This document shows positions 55,084 to 64,000 of a DNA stretch of 64,000 bases, piece by piece. Below the pieces are notes generated by a model, which had not been told where the DNA came from, made no database searches, and was given only the letters and a program-made list of their open reading frames with translations. Source of the stretch: an uncultured Gemmatimonadales bacterium (GTDB lineage: Bacteria > Gemmatimonadota > Gemmatimonadetes > Gemmatimonadales > GWC2-71-9). The stretch lies in the NCBI GenBank assembly GCA_963815515.1, contig CAWFGP010000003.1, positions 701,513 to 765,512 of the forward strand, in the 5' to 3' direction. Made by a program: the position numbers and the translations under genes. Within the stretch, counting starts at the first letter, position 1. Every line of letters begins with the position of its first letter.

Positions 55084-56472
55084 ATGTCCGACACCCTGAT
55101 GATCAGCGTTTCCGGCATGCGGGGGCACGTCGGCACCGATCTCACGCCCGAGCTCGTGGCTCGGTACGCCGCCGCGCTGGGCGCCTGGGTCCGGACCTCC
55201 GCGGGCGTGCCGCCGGGGGCCGGGGCGCGACCGGCGGTGGTCCTCGGGCGCGATGCGCGGACGAGCGGCGCCATGTTCACCTACGCGGCGGCCGCCGGGC
55301 TGATGTCGGCGGGCGTCGACGTCATCGACGTGGGCGTGGTGCCGACCCCGACCGTGCAGGTGGCCGTGGAACACCACCACGCCGGCGCCGGCCTGATCCT
55401 GACCGCGAGCCACAATCCGATCGAGTGGAACGCGCTCAAGTTCGTCGGCCCCGACGGGATCTTCCTCGATGCCGAGGCCGGCGCACGGGTCCGCGCCCTG
55501 GCCGACGCGGGGCCGCCCCGGATGGGATGGGACGGCATCGGCACGCTGCGCGAGGACCGGGAGGCCGTGGCGCGTCACCTGGACGCCGTCCTGGCGCTGC
55601 CGCTCATCGATGTCCCGGCCATCCGCGCCCGCGGCTTCCACGTCGCGCTCGATTGTGTCCGCGGCGCGGGCGCGTCCGCGATCCCGCCACTCCTCGAGCG
55701 GCTGGGATGCCGCATGAGCGGCATCAACCTCGAGGCCGACGGCCGCTTCCCGCGGCCGCCGGAGCCGGTGCCTGAGAATCTGGGCGAGCTCGGCGAGCTG
55801 GTGCGCCGGAGCGGAGCCGACATCGGCTTTGCGGTCGATCCCGACGTGGACCGGCTGGCCATCGTCGACGAGCGGGGCCGCCCGATCGGCGAGGACTACA
55901 CGCTGGCGTTCGCCGTCCGGGCTGTGTTGGATCGACGCATCAGGCCGACGAAAACTGCCACGGTCGTGGTGAACCTGTCGACCAGCCTGGTCGTCGAGGA
56001 CGCGGCCCGAGCCGCGGGTGCCCGGCTGGTCCGCGCACCGGTGGGCGAGGCCAACGTGGCGCGCACCATCCGCGATGAGGGCGCGGTGATCGGCGGCGAG
56101 GGAAACGGCGGCGTCATGCTGCCCGCGCTGCACATCGGTCGCGACGCCCCCCTTGGCTTGGCCTTGATCTTGCATCTTCTTGCCACGTCTGGGGCTACGG
56201 TGTCGCAACTGGTGGCGGCATCCCCCGGATACACCATCGTGAAGGCGAAGGGTCCACGCGGGACGGAGCTCCCGCCGCTCTACGCCAAGCTCCGCTCCCG
56301 ATTCCCCGACGCGGAGGCCGACGACCGGGACGGGCTCCGGCTCTCCTGGCGGGACCGCTGGCTCCACGTGAGACCCTCCGGCACCGAGCCGATCGTCCGG
56401 CTCATCGCCGAGGCACCGACGACCACCGATGCGGAGGCGCTGATCAGCGCGGCCCGCGAACTCTTGCACTGA
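55084..56472 (+). CDS. glmM: phosphohexomutase (phosphoglucosamine mutase-like)
   Basis: 462 aa. SVSGMRGHVG and TASHNPIEWNALKF phosphoserine loop. Lies 13 nt upstream of glmS. The symbol is assigned by family plus context. Confidence 0.65.
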   Translation: MSDTLMISVSGMRGHVGTDLTPELVARYAAALGAWVRTSAGVPPGAGARPAVVLGRDARTSGAMFTYAAAAGLMSAGVDVIDVGVVPTPTVQVAVEHHHAGAGLILTASHNPIEWNALKFVGPDGIFLDAEAGARVRALADAGPPRMGWDGIGTLREDREAVARHLDAVLALPLIDVPAIRARGFHVALDCVRGAGASAIPPLLERLGCRMSGINLEADGRFPRPPEPVPENLGELGELVRRSGADIGFAVDPDVDRLAIVDERGRPIGEDYTLAFAVRAVLDRRIRPTKTATVVVNLSTSLVVEDAARAAGARLVRAPVGEANVARTIRDEGAVIGGEGNGGVMLPALHIGRDAPLGLALILHLLATSGATVSQLVAASPGYTIVKAKGPRGTELPPLYAKLRSRFPDAEADDRDGLRLSWRDRWLHVRPSGTEPIVRLIAEAPTTTDAEALISAARELLH

Positions 56473-56485
56473 GGTTCATGTCCTG

Positions 56486-58315
<1,830 letters not shown>

Positions 58316-58369
58316 AAGGCGGCGTGCGCCTCACGCCCCGCTGGACGCCTTGGATGACGTGCAGAACCT

Positions 58370-60027
58370 TCACGGCGCCGCGGTGGGAAGGTGCATCGGG
58401 TACTTCGGCTGATACTGCGCGGCGCGAATCGAGGTTGCGAGCTCCCCTCCGGCGGTCGCCGCCGGCTTGCCCGGCGTGCCGGCGCGGACCACCGCTTCGG
58501 CCACGACGACCGAAACCTCCCGTAGCCGCGTGATGCCGGGATATACGGCGCCGCTGGCCAGCTCCGCTGGCGTCAGCAGCCCCGCCAGCGCGTCAGCCGC
58601 GGCGAGAAACATCTCATCGGTCACCCGTCCCAGTCCCCCCATCATGACGCCGAGCCCGACACCCGGGAAGACATACGCGTTGTTCGCCTGGGCAATGACG
58701 TGCCGCTGGCCGGCCCACTGGACCGCGGCGAACGGGCTGCCGCTGGCGAAGACCACCCGGCCGCCGGTGGCGCGGTAGGCGGCTTCCGCGGTGCACTCGG
58801 CCTGCGAGGTGGGGTTGGACATCGCGAACACGATCGGCCGGGGGTTGAGCTCGGCCATGGCGGCGAGCACGGGCTCGGTAAAGAGCCCGCCCTGGCCCGA
58901 GAGGCCGACGAGCGCGGTCGGCCGCAGCGCGCGAACCGCCTGCTCGAGGTCGCGCACCTCGCGTGCGGGTGGGCATACCGCGCCTGCTGGGGGCCGATGC
59001 CCCGCCGTCCCGCGACAATGAGCCCGTCCCGATCGAAGAACCAGCAGTGCTCTCGCGCTTCGGCCTCGCCGGTTCCTTCCCGCCGGAGCGCCGCCACGAT
59101 CAGGTCGGCGGCGCCGATGGCCACACCGGCGCCGGCGAAGAGGACGCGCTGGCGGGTGAGCGGGATGCCGGTCAGCCGTCCCCCGTTGAGCAGGCCGGCC
59201 AGGACCACGGCGGCGGTGCCCTGGATGTCGTCGTTGAACATGCAGGCCCGGTCGCGATAGCGCGCCAGGAGCTCGAACGCGTTGGCGGTGCCGAAATCCT
59301 CGAACTGCACCAGCGCGCCGGGGAAGACCTCGCCGACCGCCGCGATGAACTCGTCCACCAGTGCCACGTATCCGTCGCCTCGCAGGCGCGGCTCGGCCAG
59401 GCCGATGTACTGCGGGTCGCCTCGGAGCTCCTCGTTGTCGGTGCCCACGTCGAGCATCACCGGCAACCCCCGCTCGGGGTCGAGACCGCCGCAGGCCGTG
59501 TACAATGTCAGCTTGCCGATCGGGATGCCCATCCCGTGCGCACCAAGGTCGCCCAGGCCGAGGATGCGCTCGCCGTCGGTGACCACGACGACCGCGACGT
59601 GGCGGTCGGGCCAGTTGCGCAGGACGTCACGGACCCGGCCGCGGTCGCGCGAGGAGACGTAGAGCCCTCTCGGCCGGCGGAAGATCAGGCCGAACTGGCG
59701 GCAGGCCTCGCCCACCGTGGGCGTGTACAGGACCGGCAGCAGCTCGGCGAGGTTGTCGATGACGGTCCGGTAGAAGAGCTGCTCGTTGCGATCGAGCAGG
59801 GCCACCAGGAAGAGGTATTTGTCCAGCGGGGTCACCAGCCGCCGCAGGTTCGCCAGGATCCGTTGCTCCTGCTCCTCCTGGGTGAAGACGCGTGGCGGGA
59901 GGAGTCCGCGGAGCCCGAGCGCCTCCCGCTCCCCCTCGGTGAACGCCGTCCCCTTGTTGAGCCGAGGATCGTGCAGGATCTGCGCGCCGCGCGGGGCCCG
60001 TCGGTCGGGTCCCTCTCGTTTCTCCAT
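58370..60027 (-). pseudogene. NAD(P)-dependent malic enzyme (long, SfcA-like), frame broken near 58958-58966 (assembly error or pseudogene)
   Basis: ORF 58642..60816 is meaningful from ATG 60027 (MEKREG...HDPRLNKGTAFT...VVTDGERILGLGDLG...FNDDIQGTAAV...) down to ...QQARYAHPHA. ORF 58370..58957, in another frame, continues (E)VRDLEQAVRALRPTALVGLSGQGGLFTEPVLAAMAELNPRPIVFAMSNPTS... Confidence 0.8.
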
Positions 60028-60941
60028 CAGGCCACGGCGCTCGCGCCACCGGGCGGCAGGGACCAGGTCTGGCCCACCTCGGTGATCACCACCCGGTGTC
60101 GCTCGTGTCCGGCCGCGGCGAGGAGCCGCCGGATCGGCTCGTCCATCGGCTCCCGGCTCAGGCGGAAGGTGGAGTGGTGGATCGGCAGGAGGTAGTCGGC
60201 GCCGAGAGCCTGGAACATCCGCCAGGCCTCTTCGGGCGAGGCGTGGCTGGTGACCCACGGGTCGTAGGCCCCGATCGGCAGGATGGCCAGATCGATCGCC
60301 CCGCGCTGCCCGTGCCGCGACAGGACGTCGGTGTAGGCCGTGTCGCCGCCGAACAGGACGGTACGGCCGGCCTTCCGGAGGAGGTATCCGCCCCAGCCGC
60401 GGTACCGGTCGGTGACCATCCGGGCGCCCCAATGACGAGTCTCGATCGATTCCACCTCGAGATCGCCGATGCGGGTCGTCTCGCCCCAGGCGAGCTCGTC
60501 CACTGCATGGAACCGGCGGACGAGATCGCGATTCCCCGACTGGACGACGACCCGCACGCCCGGCGGGATGGCGCGGAGCGTGCCAAGGTCGGTGTGGTCC
60601 ATGTGGGCGTGCGAGAGCAGGACCGCATCCAGGCGAGGCAGCTCGCGTTTCCGAAGCGCAGGCTGGATCAGCCGCCGAGGTCCCAGCTTGACGACCCCGC
60701 GCCCCAGGCCGATGCGGCGCTCGAGCACCGGATCGGTGACGATCGACGTGCCCAGGACGTTGAGCAGCACCGTGGCGTGGCCCAGCCACGCCACGGTCAG
60801 CCGATTGTCGGGCCATGTGCCCGGATCGGGCCGGTGCGGGGCAGGGGCGATGCAGCGTCCGATATCCTGCCGGCGGTCAGCCACGGCGACGCGCGCATAC
60901 CGGCGGGCGAAGGCGAGGCGGTCTGTGAGATGCACGTGCAC
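60027..60941 (-). CDS. MBL-fold metallo-hydrolase
   Basis: 304 aa, GTG start. WLGHATVLL..., SHAHMDHTD (HxHxDH). The stop overlaps the malic enzyme ATG by 1 nt. Confidence 0.75.
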   Translation of the reverse strand: MHVHLTDRLAFARRYARVAVADRRQDIGRCIAPAPHRPDPGTWPDNRLTVAWLGHATVLLNVLGTSIVTDPVLERRIGLGRGVVKLGPRRLIQPALRKRELPRLDAVLLSHAHMDHTDLGTLRAIPPGVRVVVQSGNRDLVRRFHAVDELAWGETTRIGDLEVESIETRHWGARMVTDRYRGWGGYLLRKAGRTVLFGGDTAYTDVLSRHGQRGAIDLAILPIGAYDPWVTSHASPEEAWRMFQALGADYLLPIHHSTFRLSREPMDEPIRRLLAAAGHERHRVVITEVGQTWSLPPGGASAVA

Positions 60942-61039
60942 GCTCCAGTCTCGATCCGGGTCTATCTTTCAGGCCGCCCTGCCGGGCGGCCACCAGCCCG
61001 AACAATAATCGGGCATTCCCCGATTCCCCTGGCGAGCCC

Positions 61040-61480
61040 ATGCGCGTTGTATTGCAACGAGTCTCCCGGGCGTCTGTTACCATCGAGGGCCGCATCGCCG
61101 GAGCCATCGGCCTCGGGTTCTGCCTGCTGGTCGGCTTCACGCACAGCGATACCGGCGATCAGGTAGATTGGATGGCCGAGAAGGTCGCGGGACTCCGGCT
61201 CTTCGCCGACGCCGAGGGCAAGATGAACCTCGGATTGGCGGAGGTGCAGGGCGCCCTGCTGGTGGTCAGCCAGTTCACGCTGTATGGCGACGCGGCGAAG
61301 GGCCGCCGGCCCTCGTTCATCGACGCGGCCCGTCCCGAGGCCGCGATCCCGCTGTACGAGCGTTTTGTCGCCGCGCTCCGGAACCGGGGGCTCCAGGTGG
61401 CCACCGGCGAGTTCGGTGCGGACATGCTGGTCGAGATCCACAACGACGGACCCGTCACCCTCATCCTGGACCGCGCATGA
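61040..61480 (+). CDS. dtd: D-aminoacyl-tRNA deacylase
   Basis: 146 aa. [30 protein letters not shown]. Confidence 0.9.
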   Translation: MRVVLQRVSRASVTIEGRIAGAIGLGFCLLVGFTHSDTGDQVDWMAEKVAGLRLFADAEGKMNLGLAEVQGALLVVSQFTLYGDAAKGRRPSFIDAARPEAAIPLYERFVAALRNRGLQVATGEFGADMLVEIHNDGPVTLILDRA

Positions 61481-62085
61481 GCCGCGAGACGCTGATTCTC
61501 GCTTCTGCTTCACCGCGACGCCGGCAGCTTCTCGAGATGCTGGGCATGCCGGTGCGCGTGGTGCCATCCCACATCCCCGAGGTGCGGCGGCCGGTGGAGA
61601 CGCCCGTGGACTACGTGGAGCGCCTGGCCCGCGAGAAGGCGCTGAGCGTGCCGGGGCGCCTCGTGCTCGGCGCGGATACCACGGTCGTCGCCCGGGACGA
61701 GGTGCTCGAGAAGCCGCTCGACGCCGCCGACGCGCTTCGAATGCTCCGGAAGCTGCAGGGTCGCACGCACCAGGTGGTGACCTCGGTCGCGCTGGTGGCC
61801 GACGAGACGGTGCACCAGGCGACCGACGTGACCAACGTCGTCTTCCGGCGGCTCGACGACGCCTTCCTCGAGGCCTACGTCGCGACGGGGGAGCCGATGG
61901 ACAAGGCGGGGGCGTACGGCATCCAGGGATACGGCGCGGCGCTGGTGGAGCGGATCGACGGCGACTTCTTCAGCGTGATGGGGTTGCCGATCCGGCTGGT
62001 GCTCCAGCTGCTCGAGGGTGCGGGGCACGCCTATCGATTCGAGGGGGGGCGGAACGGCACCGCCGCGGTGAGCGAGGTGCGCTGA
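61477..62085 (+). CDS. maf: Maf-like nucleoside triphosphate pyrophosphatase
   Basis: The 3-prime part of ORF 61168..62085. ATG 61477 overlaps the dtd stop (ATGA). [29 protein letters not shown]. Confidence 0.9.
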   Translation: MSRETLILASASPRRRQLLEMLGMPVRVVPSHIPEVRRPVETPVDYVERLAREKALSVPGRLVLGADTTVVARDEVLEKPLDAADALRMLRKLQGRTHQVVTSVALVADETVHQATDVTNVVFRRLDDAFLEAYVATGEPMDKAGAYGIQGYGAALVERIDGDFFSVMGLPIRLVLQLLEGAGHAYRFEGGRNGTAAVSEVR

Positions 62086-63695
62086 GGCTGCACGTCCCGC
62101 ACCCGGTACACCTGCACCACCTGTGCCTTCCCCTTGAGCGCCATTTCCGGCAGGTAGTCGTAGGATACCTGCTCCCGCACGACCCCCAGCACCGCCTCGC
62201 TCACCAGGATCTCTCCCGGCCCCGCCTCGGCGCAGAGCCGGGAGGCGATGTTCACCGCGTCGCCGATCACGGTGTACTCCAGGCGGCGATGGCTGCCGAT
62301 GTTGCCCGCGAAGACATCGCCGTGGTTGATGCCCATGCCGACGCCGATTTCCGGCCGGCCCTGGCCGGCCCAGCGCTCGTTGAGCCGGGCGATCGACCGC
62401 TGCATCGCCAGCGCGGCACGGAGCGCCCGGTCGGGATCGTCGACGTGGGCGATCGGCGCGCCCCAGAGAGCCATGATCGCGTCGCCGATGAACTTGTCGA
62501 GCGTGCCGCCATGCTCGAAGATCACCTCGACCATCTCCGTGAAGTATTCGCTCAGGAGCTGCGCGATGGCGTCCGGCCCCAGGGATTCCGCGATGGCGGT
62601 GAAGCCCCGGATGTCGCTGAAGAGCACGGTGGTCGGCCGGCGCTCGCCGCCCTGCCGGATGGCGCCATCCTGCTGCGCGATATCGGCCGCCACGTTAGGC
62701 GCGAAGTACCGCTCGAAGTTGGACCGGACGGTGGCCTCGCGCCGGATCTGCTCGGCATAGCGCGAGTTCTTGATGCCGATGGCGGCCAGCCCGCTGAACG
62801 CGACGAGGAACTGCAGGTCCTCGTCGGTGAACGTGTTGGTCGTCGTGAGGTTGTCGACGTAGAGGAGGCCCAGCACCCGGTCGGCGGAGGCCATGAGCGG
62901 GGAGCACATCGCGCTCCGGACGCTCTGGAGCAGGATCGACTGGCCCCGGAAGCGCGAGTCGGCGGGAGCGTTCTGCGACACGACGGCCACCAGCTCCTGC
63001 ATGACCTTGTCGGCGATCGATCTCGGGATCTGCATCGGCTGCACGTCGCCGAGGCGGCTCCGGGAAATGGTCGGCACCAGCTCGCCCGTCTCCTCGTTCC
63101 GGAGCACGATGGTGACCCGGTCCACGCTCATGATCTCGAAAGTGACGTCGACCACCGCGCGGAGCAGCCGGTCGAGGTCGAGCTCGGCGGTGAGCTTCTG
63201 GGAGACCTCGAGCAGCATCTGCAGCTTGAGGGCCTGGCGGGCTTCGCCGCCTGCCGCCTCCACCTTGAGCTGGCCCGCGGGCGGGCGGTCCCGGCTGGTG
63301 ATGCCCGGCGGCGCGCCGCCGGTCACCACGAGCTGGCGGACGATCTGCCCGCCGGCGGGACCCACCTCCACGGCCAGGGCCGGGCGCTGGTGCGCGGCGG
63401 CCGACGCGCCTGGAATGGTCAGCCGGAAGACCACCTTGCCGAACGTGACGGTGTCCTCGAGCGCGAGCCGCCCCGACGTGATCCGCGCGCCGTTGATACA
63501 GGTACCGTTCGAGCTGTCGAGGTCCTTCACCTGGACCCCGTCGGCGCCGACGACGAGCTCGGCGTGACGGCGCGAGATGGTCGGATCGTAGATCGCGATG
63601 TCGCTCGTGAGCCCCCGGCCGACGACCAGGGTCCGGCCGTCCTTCAGCTCGAAGGTCTGGTCGCCGGAGGTGCTGACGAGGCGGAACGTGGGCAT
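62031..63695 (-). CDS. FHA-GAF-class III adenylate/guanylate cyclase
   Basis: 554 aa. FHA (GRGLTSDIAIYDPTISRRHAEL...NGT.ING), GAF, and cyclase domain (VLFSDIRGFT, FIGDAIMALWGAP, EYTVIGDAVNIASRL). Confidence 0.85.
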   Translation of the reverse strand: MPTFRLVSTSGDQTFELKDGRTLVVGRGLTSDIAIYDPTISRRHAELVVGADGVQVKDLDSSNGTCINGARITSGRLALEDTVTFGKVVFRLTIPGASAAAHQRPALAVEVGPAGGQIVRQLVVTGGAPPGITSRDRPPAGQLKVEAAGGEARQALKLQMLLEVSQKLTAELDLDRLLRAVVDVTFEIMSVDRVTIVLRNEETGELVPTISRSRLGDVQPMQIPRSIADKVMQELVAVVSQNAPADSRFRGQSILLQSVRSAMCSPLMASADRVLGLLYVDNLTTTNTFTDEDLQFLVAFSGLAAIGIKNSRYAEQIRREATVRSNFERYFAPNVAADIAQQDGAIRQGGERRPTTVLFSDIRGFTAIAESLGPDAIAQLLSEYFTEMVEVIFEHGGTLDKFIGDAIMALWGAPIAHVDDPDRALRAALAMQRSIARLNERWAGQGRPEIGVGMGINHGDVFAGNIGSHRRLEYTVIGDAVNIASRLCAEAGPGEILVSEAVLGVVREQVSYDYLPEMALKGKAQVVQVYRVRDVQPQRTSLTAAVPFRPPSNR

Positions 63696-63748
63696 GGGGG
63701 GAAATATACGACGTCGGGCGGGAGGGCAGGCGGATCCCGCCGCCCCTC

Positions 63749-63814
63749 GTCATCCTGAGCGCAGCGAAGGAGCCATGCCTCGGGTGATGGCTCCTTCGCT
63801 ACGCTCAGGATGAC
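63749..63814. repeat. REP-like palindromic element
   Basis: GTCATCCTGAGCGCAGCGAAGGAGCCATGCCTCGGGTGATGGCTCCTTCGCTACGCTCAGGATGAC. Confidence 0.9.
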
Positions 63815-63920
63815 GAGGGGAGCCGCTCGGGATGACGAGGGAGCCGCTCGGGATGACGAGGGAGCCGCTCGGGATGACGAGCGGACCGCTCAGGACGACG
63901 AACGGGCCGCTCAGGATGAC
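63815..63920. repeat. five tandem 21-22-nt copies of the REP right half-arm
   Basis: Units at 63815-63836, 63837-63857, 63858-63878, 63879-63899 and 63900-63920, consensus GAGGGAGCCGCTCGGGATGAC. The last two are diverged (GCTCAGGACGAC, GCTCAGGATGAC). Confidence 0.85.
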
Positions 63921-64000
63921 GGGGCAGGTATCGACCGTCCCGCCAGCGCCAGCGCGAGCAGCACCGCCCGCGCCTTCGCCTCGGTCTCCCGCCATTCCGC
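63911..64000 (-). CDS. 3-prime end of an unidentified CDS running in from beyond the window
   Basis: The minus-strand frame from base 64000 reads AEWRETEAKARAVLLALALAGRSIPAPSS*, with 21 of the first 24 codons ending in G/C. The stop TGA (63911-63913) lies inside the last tandem repeat unit. Too short to identify. Confidence 0.3.
   Translation of the reverse strand, partial: AEWRETEAKARAVLLALALAGRSIPAPSS

Noticed and set aside
56473-56485. glmS ribozyme upstream of glmS.
   Set aside because: Only 13 nt separate the glmM stop from the glmS ATG, leaving no room for the ~170-nt ribozyme.
63750-63995. ORFs translating to ...HPERSEGA..., ...SLRSG, ...VTLSEAKG.... Examples are 63750..63995, 63598..63813, 33790..34122, 38630..38812, 47432..47647, and the N-terminus of 36482..37489.
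   Set aside because: They are read-throughs of the palindromic repeat family. The same peptide appears on both strands because the DNA is a palindrome. They are not genes.

Overview
Very GC-rich, gene-dense bacterial chromosomal segment with about 60 protein genes. Most sit in tightly packed same-strand blocks with ATGA/GTGA stop-start overlaps. The content is mainly core metabolism and envelope biology of a diderm bacterium. Blocks in order: ETF-QO (partial); a diaminopimelate/lysine block (M20 peptidase-asd-lysC-dapB-dapA-dapD-yjbQ); three secreted FG-GAP/beta-propeller proteins; htpX-terC; a molybdenum-cofactor block (fdhD-OMP-mobA-mobB-moeA, plus queD); gpmI; guaB; two APC permeases; nrnA; nifU-mrp; a MATE pump; an ECF sigma/anti-sigma five-gene module; ubiE-ubiD-ubiA-ubiX; cho-like/fpg; purD; an M48 peptidase; a trans-sulfuration enzyme; RR-HD-GYP; glmM-glmS; malic enzyme; dtd-maf; and an FHA-GAF-cyclase. 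I saw no rRNA, tRNA, CRISPR array, transposase, integrase or phage gene, and nothing resembling a horizontally acquired island. Five things are not explained by the plain ORF list. (1) A yybP-ykoY-type Mn2+ riboswitch with its own promoter and terminator platform lies in front of htpX-terC. (2) A family of ~66-bp palindromes of the GTCA(C/T)CCTGAGCGCAGCGAAGG type occurs at seven intergenic sites plus half-copies. Arm changes are compensated between copies. The elements donate a start codon, a stop codon and a C-terminal tail to neighbouring genes, stutter into 17-22-nt tandem arrays, and in one place are nested inside inverted arrays of an 8-nt repeat. (3) A second palindrome type lies between lysC and dapB. 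(4) There are five indel-type reading-frame anomalies: three broken genes, one compensated double shift inside htpX, and one small ORF broken at a G5 run. These most likely reflect assembly errors. (5) Two multi-gene modules are uncharacterised: the secreted propeller trio, and the ECF sigma module with a bactofilin-like membrane protein. I did not find a convincing, completely new multi-gene system such as a defence or secretion island. The interest scores on the findings reflect how far each rests on sequence I could read directly. The taxon cannot be assigned from this window alone.
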